DNA of 64,000 nucleotides from Psilocybe cubensis (Eukaryota): positions 2,790,001-2,854,000 of the forward strand of contig CM039000.1 of the NCBI GenBank assembly GCA_017499595.2, in the 5' to 3' direction. Both the position numbers and the translations under genes were made by a program. How positions within the stretch are numbered: position 1 is the stretch's first letter; each line of letters starts with the position of its first letter. The notes beneath the pieces are model-generated. The model did no database searches and was not told the origin of the DNA. It saw nothing but the letters and a program-made list of their open reading frames with translations. Of this stretch, positions 1 to 11,663 are shown piece by piece.

Positions 1-3000
1 TTGATGTCCAAATTGCCCTAAATGTAATATAAGTAAAATGGTATTGAACATAAGTAGTCATTACATACGCAAGGTTTCAAAGATTTTCGGACGCAGTTCA
101 GAAAACTCTCGATAAAGAACCTGAGTAGCTGCCGGGGGCTCTGTACTTCTCGCAGAAGAGGTCATTGGTTGATAGATTGTTTGTATAGAAGGAATAGCAC
201 ACAGAAACAAAACTTACAGTGCAAGCCACTCTATCCTTTCCTTTACGCATTCCAGTAAAACCTTTGCAAGCCCAGGGAATTGAGAGCTTGGTTCTTTTAC
301 GGTTGTTATTGGTCCACGATCGGATTTTAAAGCTTCTGTGGTCAGGTCAAAGAGTGAACGAGCCGAGTCGATAACACCTGATCTGCTTGTCCATGCTCCA
401 ATCATCGGAGATTCCAATCCATATACTTCCCAATTGAAATCTCGATATTTGGAGGCTTCGTGGAGAACTGACTGCAGAAACATATCAGTATGCATGTGAT
501 AAGGTGATATTTCTTACTCACTATGACAATCCGGTTTGCTTCAGGGAGTATCTGAAGCAACGTGTTGCTTGAACGCTTAGCGGCCTCTTTTGCGATACTG
601 CTGACTTTCTGCAACACATTGCCTATGTCTGATACTCGTGTCCTGAAGAATGCTCTGACGAGATCTTCATGAGAATCATCACCGATTTCTTGCATATATG
701 CAACCACAGCATCCTTCAAGACGCTCGAGTGTGATATAGACTGATTATAGGCTATCCATAACTTATGGCATGCAAAGAGTTTCTCGGAATCTGTGGCTAT
801 CCGTTGTCGACTTGCCTGGGTCATCTAGCAACCGGGTGTCAGCCCAAGAATTGATATAAATAAAAAAAGATGGGTCACTAACCTTGTCCAGTACTGTGTT
901 TTCGTTGATAAAGGAAATAAGCCAGCTGAGCCTGTCCTTACGGCCCTGCATTTGGATTGTCATATCAGGACTTTGCCTAACAATTTCAGAGTCTGGGCGG
1001 CCTTAGCATCTTTGAGACAGATATAAAGGAGTACTGACCAGATTTCATAACAGCATCGCTTAGCTGTTGGGCTGCGTTCATCAATGCATCCCCGCTAAGC
1101 TCTGGTGGAAAACTGAATCGTAGAGGATTCTGGTATAGGATTAGTCGGGCAGACTAAAATATTTGAAATTTTAATCACCAACGGAGAAGGGCCGTAAATA
1201 ATGGCCTGCATCATGATTGATTTAACCAGAGCGGTGTGACCAGTCCTGACATTGTTTCCAGACTGTTAATGGTAATCCCAATGACGCTCGTGTAACTTGC
1301 TCACTCTGGTCTAAAAGACTGAATTTTATCTAAATCCAGAGATACTTTCATCATTGTATTGGCGGTCAAAATGAGAAGTAAGTTGGTTGTTAGGCTGACA
1401 CCAACTCCTAGTGTTCTATCATTGATGCCTTTTAATTCCAGTCGATCACGGTATTCTGATCCTATACATAAAAATAAACAGTGAAACAAAAAAGGATGAA
1501 AAACAGTGCTAACCTCTGGCACAAAGTGCAACAGCGTCACCAAATTGAACACTGATGATTGATCCAGAATAGATTAGCTGTATTCGTGGATGTACTGGAG
1601 GACCAGGCTTGCTTGTCTATGCATCAAGAAATATTATAAAATAGTATTTCGACACAAAAATGGTCCTACCGTTTGGTAAGGAACGCTGTAGAGATGCTTG
1701 ACCGAAAAATCATTTCCAACAGATTTCAATTCGGCAAGAGCATAAAGACGTTGGAAATCATCGGCAGACACGTCCTTTCCAGAGTATGATATTAGAAGGG
1801 CAATGTTTTGGTCCCTTTTACACATATTACATGTATTAGCAACCATCCCAGGAAAGCATGTGTTCAACTCACTCAAAAATGGCGATGTCAGAGATTTCGA
1901 CATCTTCACTATTGGCGCTAAGCTTTTCTTGAACCTTATTTAGAAGTAACTGGGTGAGGTCGAGATCAAGCACAAGCTCCTCCCAGCCTTCCACCCTCAT
2001 AATCCATCGTTGGATTCGACCATTCGCAAGGGCCCATACATCTCTATCGCCCAATGTTGACGTTGTCCCAAGGGCAACCGCATGAATATGTCCGGCCTTA
2101 CCTTTGGAATCATACGATGCAGATGCACTCGACGACAGAAAAGATGGTAAAAGTCTGCTAAATGTTCCGGAATTACTAGGTCGCGCGAAACCACGGATTG
2201 TAAGGTGATATTTTCCACCGGCTGAAGTGAGAACAATGCGGTGGAGGACACCGAACGATGTCGATAGAATGTAAGTTTGAGCCTTGAAGCAGTAAGTTTT
2301 CATCCCTTGAATGAATTGATAGAACCTACGTCGACCCGAATAAGATTCGTGACCTCTTCCTCATAATTCATATTTTCAACCTGAGAAGATATATAATTAT
2401 CTCCACCTGCAAGACCAATGCCTATGCTATCCCAAAATCGAATTTGGCCTGTGACGGAGACAAGGATAAGCCCTGGTTCTCGGGAGCTTCCTTGAGGGAC
2501 CAAAGCATGGAAGGGTGGTTTGGGGGTTTGAGAGCCATCCTCGGGACACGAGAATATATAGCACGTAGGTATGCCTTTGATAGCCTGGAAGCAGTCAACA
2601 CTTGCTGAAGAATCAGACCGACATTCTTACTTGAGCATGCTGCCATACGAAGCATGTTTGCGCAGAGGCAACAAGCGCGAATCCGGTGGTGGTATCTATT
2701 TCCCCTGAATACAGGTCTCTATTGAAGTCTGTAAAGGTATTGAATAACGCGCGAACACGTTGGTTTTGAAAATATACTCACCTGAGAGCCTCAAAACTTG
2801 CTTTACCTCCAAAGGTAAATTGGCATAAAATGAAACAGACATCTCTTCCGTTTTGGCAAAAATCATCTCGCCTCCAATCCTAGATAAACTACGATCTGTG
2901 ATTAGGGAACTCCTCTCGTCAATGTCCATTGCAGATGCGACCGAATTGCTGTCATTTAAAATAAGGGTGGGCTCGGCCGCTAGCCGGTGGGGTCGTTGAC

Positions 3001-3076
3001 TCCTCACTGGAGAATTACCACGTGTGTGTAGTCTTGAAGAACGGCGAGGGGCGGGCGAGGGAGAGAATGTGGCCAT
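1..3076 (-). CDS. NUP133: Nucleoporin Nup133 (multi-exon; 3' end lies beyond the left edge of the window)
   Basis: ATG at 3076 (MATFSPSPAPRRSSRLH...) begins a disordered N-terminus. Beta-propeller-like exons follow (GLILVSVTGQIRFWDSIGIGLAGGDNY; RDVWALANGRIQRW), then helical exons (LESPMIGAWTS). GT-AG introns of about 50 nt join the ORF fragments. Family recognised from memory. Confidence 0.8.
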
Positions 3077-3202
3077 TGTTAAAGGATACGAGTTGGAGGT
3101 AAGTGCATAGGTTTGATTCTCAAATACAGTGTAAAGTCCAATTCGCGCGTCTGTCCAGTCCAACTATCTTTAAACTCCGACAGACAACTCTTGGTTCGTG
3201 CC

Positions 3203-4422
3203 ATGAAACTCTCAATATCCTTGAACAAGCCCAAAGCCACTCAACCCAAAGCACCTATCCTACGGCCCTCTGCTTTCTCAAATGATATCGATGACGAGGA
3301 GGGTCAAGAAAGTGAGAACCCTGGGCCTTCAGGCCCTGTCTCTCACAATGTTGAAACGTCGAAGGCTATGAAGAAGCGAATGGCAGCTGAGAAACGCGTC
3401 GACGAGACCGTCTATGAATACGATGAAGTATGGGATAAAATGCAAGAGGCCAAACAACGTCTACAAGCTGCTAAGGAGGCAGAAGCAAGTGTACGAAAGG
3501 TGAGTAAATCCCTTCATCGCTGTACGTGATAAAAAGCTCAGATTTATCAGCCGAAATACATTCAAAGCCTACTATCATCTGCGGCAACGCGAAAACTAGA
3601 TCACCTGAGAGCCGAGGAAAAGATGATGCAACGAGAGCGTGAAGCTGAGGGTGACCTTTACCAGGATAAGGAGGTTTTTGTCACCCAAGCGTACAAAGAT
3701 CAAATGGAAGAAGTTCGGAAGGCCGAGGAAGAAGAAAAACAGAGAGAAGGTGCATATTTCTTCTCGAAGCTATTGAAATATACATTCAGCTAACTCCTGA
3801 AACACAAGAAAATCGGAAAAAGCAAGGGATGCAGTCAACTGGAATGACCCATTTCTATCGCCAGCTATTAGAAGACTCGGCCCAAAAACACGAAGCCACA
3901 GTCGCGGCAACTGAAAAACGGTTCATCGGTCCTCAAGGCCCCACTCCCAATCTTACCATTACTAAACCGGCCAACTTTACTCCATTGGCAGACGTCGAGC
4001 TCGCGAAGATAGCACGAGCTGAAGGCAAAGAAGTCGAGTTGAATGACGATAATCAAATCGTCGACAAAAGAGAGTTGCTTTCTGCTGGACTGAACTTGTC
4101 TCTTCCAAACACAAGACATCTTGGACTTCGGCATCCATCCAACAAACCTAAAGAACAGTCAGAACAAGCGCCCCAAATCCATCGTGCCGTAGGAACGGCT
4201 GCTTCTAGGAAAGAAATAAACGAACGAAGAACAAGAGAAATTCAACAACAGCTGGAAGAAGAGCAACGCAGGGTCGCGCAATCGAAACAGGAGGCCGATG
4301 AATTGGCTCGACAAAGAATTGTTACGAAAAGAAACAATGAAGATGACGTCAAAAGTGCTCGTGAGCGCTACCTCGAAAGAAAACGCAGAAAATTAGAACA
4401 AGAACAAGCAGAACAAAACTAA
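3203..4422 (+). CDS. NSRP1/CCDC55-like coiled-coil nuclear speckle splicing regulator (DUF2040), 3 exons
   Basis: ATG 3203 MKLSISLNKPK. Motifs DETVYEYDEVWDKMQ, PKYIQSLLSSAATRKLDHLRAEEKMMQRERE, FVTQAYKDQM and C-terminal SARERYLERKR. Introns at about 3500-3550 and from about 3750. TAA ends at 4422. Confidence 0.8.
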
Positions 4423-4557
4423 CTGCGTTGTATTATTGGTGGAAACCCCGCCACAGGTGCTAGGGAATGCATTATGTATGTATGTATTATATTCCCATCT
4501 AAATTAATTAATGTATTAAATGATTCCAAAGATTTCAAAATATCCCCTCCCTGCCTC

Positions 4558-5814
4558 CTAATGTGGTTCATTGCAGTTTGACTCCAGGCGATACCCCAAC
4601 GATGTCACCACTTTGTCGAAAGCATGTAAGGCATGCCAGGATGAAGGTCTTCTGCTCGGTTCATCTTCCAACATGGGCTTAATGACCAGCATAAGCTCCG
4701 GGATCCAATATCCAGTCAACTTCAGAAAATGTCCTAGCATCAATCTTTCTGGGTCCTGTGCGAAATAAGTCAAGTGATATACCTTGCATGCTCGCAATAT
4801 CAAAACACCCAATGCCCACACGTCGACCTTATATGGATCAATCCCAGTACTGCTTTCACTCTCTGGTGGCAACTCTGTTCCTCGATAGTTATATATGAGA
4901 GAAGGAGATAGATTGTCGAAATGGCGGCTGAGTTCATAATCTATATATGCATAACGTCCGTGATAATCTGTCAGGAGATTCATTAGGGATATATCCAAAT
5001 GGGCAATACGATGTTTGTGCAAAAAAGCAGCGTGCTAAATGATAACCAAACCAAGATTAACTTGCTTCCTGAAAGAGGTACAATCCAACAAACCTCTATG
5101 CATTGGCGCATAGCCAAGAGAAAGCGAGTCATACAGCATGGACCTAAACTTGCAACAAGATTTGTTGACCATTCTTCCATGATAATGAAAGCCATGTCAT
5201 CTTCAGGTACTGTAAACTGATCCAACACCGCTGGGAGCAAAGAATAAGTTATTCCGAAATCAATGCATTTCGATCATGGAACGGTACACACGGATAGTGT
5301 GATTCATAGGGTCGTTTCGAAATGGTGGTTGTGATAATTTATAGACGATGCTGTATTCGCGACTGCCAGCATGGACGGCTTTGACAACCACACGCTTCGA
5401 ATCAGATATTCGGATTCCTCGGAATAAATTGTCAGGCTAAAGATGACTCGGTAAAAGTCGACGAGGCTTAAATCAAAATTAACTCACCAGACCTGCGTCA
5501 GGACATAGGGCGTCGTCGCTTTGTTGAAATTCTGTTTGGCTGTGAAATGGATGATAAAGAGTCGAGGAGCCTGCCTTTAGTTGTTGCTTGTAGAAGAGCT
5601 TGACGTCTCTGACAGTGTCGAGGCGTATCCCCCGGGACCTGAAAACAGCCTGATATTTAGGCCAGAAAGGCTTGACGCGTCGATTGACTTCTTCCTCGTC
5701 TACAGACGAATCAGACGAAGAAGGAGAAGGCGGCGGGTCTTCACCATTATCAAAATCTCCTTGATGCGTATAAGAATGAGTTCTTGCCACTGGGCGAGAT
5801 AAGGAGCGGCGCAT
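4558..5814 (-). CDS. Protein kinase, agaricomycete AgaK1-type
   Basis: VVVKAV (VAIK-like), HRIAHLDISLMNLL (catalytic loop), YIDYELS (DFG-equivalent), YRGTELPPE, DPYKVDVWALG and EPSRRPS. Several short introns. Confidence 0.8.
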
Positions 5815-6647
5815 AGTGGGTCGACTGAAGTGAGACGGATGTGGGTCAAGGGACTGTCAAGTGAGTAAGATATAGTTCACCATTGAGAGAATGGCGAGAG
5901 TAACGCTTGATTAAATGACAGTTACGTCGAGCATCTGGAAAAGCCACGAATTGGGATAACCTTGCAGGAATGGATGTTCCTAGGAAGGCAGAAGCCTGAA
6001 CAGAATTCGCATTTGGGCTATTTGACCTCCAACACGGCTCGGCGGAATGGCAACAACACCGCACCATTGAAAGATCTTCCCGATAAAGGTGGACTTCAGG
6101 ACAGACTGAGAAGAGTCAGTGCATGATTCAGGGAAAAATATCCCATGGTTATCTAACACTAAGGGGACGGTTTGCCTGGATGTAGTATGCTCCGAGTTAA
6201 AGAACAATTCTTGAGTATTAGATTCTCCATGCGTGCACACTTGTAACACGTATGTGGCGATGGCGACCTTCTTGAATGACTGTTCGCTTGATCCTGTGTC
6301 CTGACCTGGTCTAACGTTATGAGCAAAAAGTCGAGGTGGGAGAAAATGTCCTCATATAGGCCTCCGTACCCCCTCGGATTTCGACTTACCCACCATTACA
6401 TTCTCCACGTGCTGTCTAAAGCCGTCAATCGCGTGAAGATATTTACTTTTTTTGTATAATGCAGGTGTACACAAAAATACTTTCTAGGACCTGCCAATTT
6501 TCAGGTTGTGCAGAGTTACGATAGCCATGCGATCTCCGCCTTGATGGCCGTAAAGCAATTGACGGAAGTATAAGTAAACAGAATTTGAGTTACGAATACT
6601 GTTTAAGCGCAATTTCTCCGAATGGTTTCTGCAGCACAAGTCATCTT

Positions 6648-8402
6648 TTAATCATCGACGTCTCTGCCTTTATCGAGTTCAAGTTGCCGAGCACTTTCCA
6701 TCATGTTCTTGATTTTTTGCCACTCCGTATCGATTATTTTTCGGTCATCGAGCCAGTCGCACACGCCATCTGCATCTGAAATGTCGTCGGGAGGTGCTCT
6801 AGCTCCTGAAAAGCCTATAGTGTGAAAGCTTCGCGATGACGTAGCATTGTGAAGCGCATCAATTTCCTGAAGGATGCGATGAAAGAGAGAATGCTATGAG
6901 TAGCACTGTAATTTGAGATTTGAGTGCAACATGTCAAAAGTAGCAACTTACTTCCCAATGAGAAAATTCGTGATACACTCGCGTTCTTTTGGCACAGAAA
7001 CGACCGAGGTGATATTCCTTACATTTGGCTGCCTCCGAACGACGTGGTTTTTGCTAAATGTAGCCAGCAACTGTCAGCCACCGGTTGGCAGCATACAATT
7101 ATTCTTACCTCGACGAAGCCTGAACGGTTATATGGAGATCCTGTAAGACGACCTAAGAGTGTCGACATTCTTCCGCCGAGGTGACATGCGTCGCAGGCTG
7201 GTATTGCGAAATCTAGAGAGACTAATTCGAATGTAGGATATTTCTTAAGGTGTTCAATGAATTCAGGCCGCCAGACCGAAGACGCCACGAGGGAATCTCT
7301 TAGCCCGGATAGCTTTCTTCTGACCACCTGCAAAGGCACAGAGAAGTATTGTTCATCTAGTCAACTGTTAGTGTAAGAATCTTGGCTTTCAATAAGATAT
7401 GAATTGCCTTTCATGCGGGAATCCATAAAATTTGCCCGTTTCTTGGAGGGTTGAATGGCGATGTGTACAAAAAACTGAAATATCTTTTTAAATTGATGCG
7501 ACAAATCTTGATGGGTCTCCATGCTAAATTCAGCAGGCAATTCGACAGTCCCTTCGTCTTCAACAATAAAACTGGATTGCGAATTATCGCCGTCTGAATA
7601 TTCATCGTATTCTGCTGAAGGCTTTGCGCCCTTCAGCGGCTGGGAAGCATCTACCTCCTCTTCCACTTCCTCGTCCTCCTCACTAGCTTCAAGTTTAAGC
7701 TTGCGCCCTGATATTTAGTCAGTAAAAGGACCACTTCGATTGAAAAACACACACTTTTTAATTTGTCGAGATTCTTCTGAAATACTGTCTTATCTCTGAT
7801 ACGAAGTCGAGTGTTCAATATTCCTAAATGAAGTTGAGGATATTCATTGGACAAATCCTACGAGCGAACTGACTTTCTTCTTCAACTTCTTCTGCGAGTT
7901 CTTTCAAGTCGTCGCTAGAAGATGACGCTCGCTCCGAAGAGCCTAATCGACGCAAACGGCCTGATTTCTTGGATGGTCTGGCGTCAACTGGTGACTCCGA
8001 ATTGGTATCGAGAGATGCCTTTCTACGTAACCGTTTTCTGATGGGCTGAACATCGTCTTCGCTTTCACTTGGGTTTTCACTTGAACTGCTCAACTGAATG
8101 TGTCGTTTGTTGTGGGAGGATTTGGGCGGTAGAGGATTACTTGTTGATTCATCGTCATCACTTGATATCTCAACTACGGCAGGTTGGGTTGGGGGTGCCA
8201 TTTTGATTCTAGAGATTTCATCTGAAGAGGAGGAATCTTGCGTAGTTGCCTTACGTTTTCGTTTTGCAGGAGCTCCAGTACGAGTTACCCCCTTTGATGG
8301 TGAAGGGCTTGGGTACTGAACAGTAGATGAGAGTTCCTGTTTTTCGAACAGTTTCGTTTGTTTCATCGCCTTTGCATCTTTCGCTTTGGAATTCCGTGGC
8401 AT
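6648..8402 (-). CDS. DUF4211/CCDC82-like nuclear protein (acidic, Ser-rich N-terminus; CxxC C-terminal domain)
   Basis: ATG 8402 MPRNSKAKD. Low-complexity S/D/E/K region, then FIVEDEG..LPAEFSM, SSVWRPEFIEHLKKYP and ACDACHLGGRMST. Last exon ends ...ELDKGRDVDD* (TAA at 6648-6650). Confidence 0.65.
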
Positions 8403-9046
8403 CACGCCGGTCGTACACGTCGCCTGTAGGTTTATTTTTCTGGCTATCTTTACAAAGATAGCAAAAGATGAGTTCAGTTACTTGAGATTGTCAAGGCACG
8501 AATATGGTACTGCTCATACAATGGTTGTAGCAGCATGATTGATGTGGTTCAATGCAAGTCGATCATCCGGCTGAATCCCCACGCTGCCAGAAATGGCACA
8601 ACTTCCAAGTTCACTGGCAATAGGGGCCTTCGTCTTTTCCGCTGTCTCCAATCGTCATGCTATTTCATTAACGGCCTTTAATAATTCTGTGCGACACGTA
8701 TCAAGTCCATTTCGTAACACTCTCATCATAAGGCTGATAATAGCGACCTTTTGAAGTTCGACCATCGTTATGCCAAATCTATCTGTTGGCACCAGCCGAG
8801 CACTTGACGCCAACCTGGTTGGCAATCTGTGTTCACAAAGTAGGCTGCAACAATTTGGAGTCTCAAGTAAATGAAGCTTGTCGTTATCCATTCAATTGTG
8901 ATGTAGACAAACCTGGAAGTCAAGAGCACATGGGCATTAGTCTACTCGTTCTCAGGCTGCTTCTCTACCATGCTAGCCACAGAATATAAGAACGCATTCC
9001 GCCGTCGACGCCTTGCTTCCTTTGAAACCCTGCTTCCTCTAGAACA

Positions 9047-11451
9047 ATGCTGCCCCGAACAGCACTTCCGTCTCTCTTCTTGCTCCTGGGGTATGCCTTG
9101 CTATCGAGCGCTGCTGTTCTTGTGGATTTTCAGGTAGCTCAGCCGCCTCCAGTTCCAAAAGATGCGAAGCAGTGCACAATCCAGGTTTTACAGTGAGGAA
9201 ATCTTTGGTAACTGTACGGAATATCTAGCTCTAAATGTTATGATGCTTACGCTCCCAGACGCGATTTCGCCTTTTCGTTTGGAAGGTAAGATTTCCCGAA
9301 AAAGCTCCAATTATAGCTAATCTTAACTATTGTGCGACTTTAGTGCTGAAGTTGTCGAACTAGTGTATGTACTATTTTATTTTGAGTCGCTTATCCCGCA
9401 GATATTGTAACATCATCCAGTCCACCGACTGACTGCGGGCCAGTTGGGTCATGGGCAGCCATAACCCTCAATCTTACCGTTACGAGCAACGGTACTCAAT
9501 TTGACCGGTTGGGAATTTTCACATTCCAAAATGTTGAAAGTGCGTCGTAACATTATGTCGGCAGAAAGGTAGCAATTGACTAAAAGCTCAGTTTGGCGAA
9601 CCTCAACACCGGAACCTACCAGAGGCGATGGCATCATATGGACATACATCAAAGATGTAACTCGATATGCCCCTTTGTTTGCAAAACCGGGGACATTCAT
9701 ATTCCAACTCGACAATCTCATCGAGACTGGTCTTGATGGAATATACTCAAGTAAGAATGATTTCTATGATTCTAGAAGCCCTACCACAAAGATATCTCAC
9801 GTTGTTCTAATCTAGCTGTTGTCCATGCAACGTTCTTTGCTTCCTCTCCACCACATCCACCCGCTAAGAAGGCAGATCTACTGGTCCCTCTTTCTAACTT
9901 GAGAAATGACACTGGAAATGATGTGTCAGTACCTCCAGCGTTCTCGGTACGTTTAAGAAATACGTTGTTTAAATTATGTAGATATCGAACCAAGGACATG
10001 GCTAATATCAAAGCCAATAGATCAACGTCACTCTCCCTCGAAACTCTGTCCAAGTGTTCGCCGAACTTTATGCATCTGGAAACGGGAACGAAGAATTTTG
10101 GGTGCGTTACATTGACACCATGCTCTTGTGGGCGCTTATTAATTTCAAATTCAAGTACTTCAATACTCCAAACCAATTCCTGAATGCTTTACCAGGTTTC
10201 CTCGGACAGGGCCCGTTCAGAGAGGTTAGACTGTTGGTCGATGGTCAGATAGCTGGCGCTGCATACCCATACGCAACCATTTTCACAGGAGGGATTGTCC
10301 CGACTGCATGGAGGTGAAGGCAACACTCCGCCCTGACCAACGTCTTATTTACCTTTGATCCAGACCCATAACATCCTACGGAGCAATGGACTTGCCCACA
10401 TATTTCCTCGACATCACACCATTCGTTCCAATTTTGACCGACGGACAACCGCACAACATTTCTCTCGACGTCACATCCGCCGAAGAGGATCATACTATTT
10501 TGCAAAACTGGTTCCTCTCAGGTGTCCTTCAAGTCTTCACGGACAAGTCTACAAAACCCACCACTGGAAAGATTACGCAGTACACCGCGAGTCCTTTCTC
10601 TCAAACAAACACGGTCGGGACTGTCGGGGAAAATGGAGACGTCACTTTCACTGTCTCAGCGTCTCGCAAAATTCATATCGAGTCGACTATCGTCAGTGGT
10701 AGCGGCCAAGTTAACCATGTTGTTTGGTCCCAAAATTTGCAATACACAAATTTGCAGAATATCTTGGACGACACGGCTATCCAGGTAGGTATCTCACAAT
10801 ATATACAAAGCGTTGCACATATCTTAACTAATCGAATTTCATTTTAGGATGTTCTCCAAATGTCGTCGGGTACCGTACTCTCGACTCACAACGGCGTGCC
10901 TGTGGTAGTGGATGACTTTTCTTTCCCCCTCGGCATAAATTTCACCTTGTTGGACCCCAGCGGAGACAGCTGTACGTCAGCTATAATTCAATTCGTCAAG
11001 TCAAAGCTAACAAGCGTTGAACACTCCAGTTAAAGCCACCTTTGACCACTCTTACAATCGCGATCTCCTACCATTCCCCGCCGTCGTAAGATCAAACATC
11101 CAAGAACGACAAACAGCCAGTACGTATTTCTTTTTCTGCACACCTTTGGTTGAAAATCTCAGAGATCGTTGACCATATCAAACCTGCCAATTCACAGGTG
11201 GCTTCTTCTTGGAATCACCCAACGGGAACACAGGAAATGGCACCAACAGCAACGTGTTCAGTTACGTAGACCAAGCAGGTAACACCTATTCTAGAGTCGT
11301 CGATGCCGTGTTGAACAACATCACCTTCGACAAACAATCCGGGACACTCGCGCCAACCTCTCCACCACCCCACCGCGGTCCACTGCCGTTCATCACCGGC
11401 TCAGTGGGCAAAGCACGCCTGCCAAGCGCCCGCCGGGTCCCGAGCACGTAG
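9047..11451 (+). CDS. Secreted peptide-N4-(N-acetyl-beta-glucosaminyl)asparagine amidase A (PNGase A family)
   Basis: Signal peptide MLPRTALPSLFLLLGYALLSSA. Motifs NGTQFDRLG, WRTSTPEP, ELYASGNGNEEFW and GPFREVRLLVDGQIAGAAYPYATIFTGGIVPTAWRP. Many short exons; TAG ends at 11451. Confidence 0.88.
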
Positions 11452-11663
11452 ATTGTTGATTTTTTTTACTTGCTCGTTGCTCATACCCACACACACGCAC
11501 ATAAAAGTCGTGTTGGTGTTGGAGTGGAATCCAAAGGTCGTTCGTTGTACACTCCCGTTTGTTTTTTTCCATTTTGTTTTTTGTTTACCCAGCCGTGGAC
11601 AAAGAAATGAGAATACCCCAAAATTTGAAACACGTCTCCCTTTTTATGGATAGCGTCGAAGTT

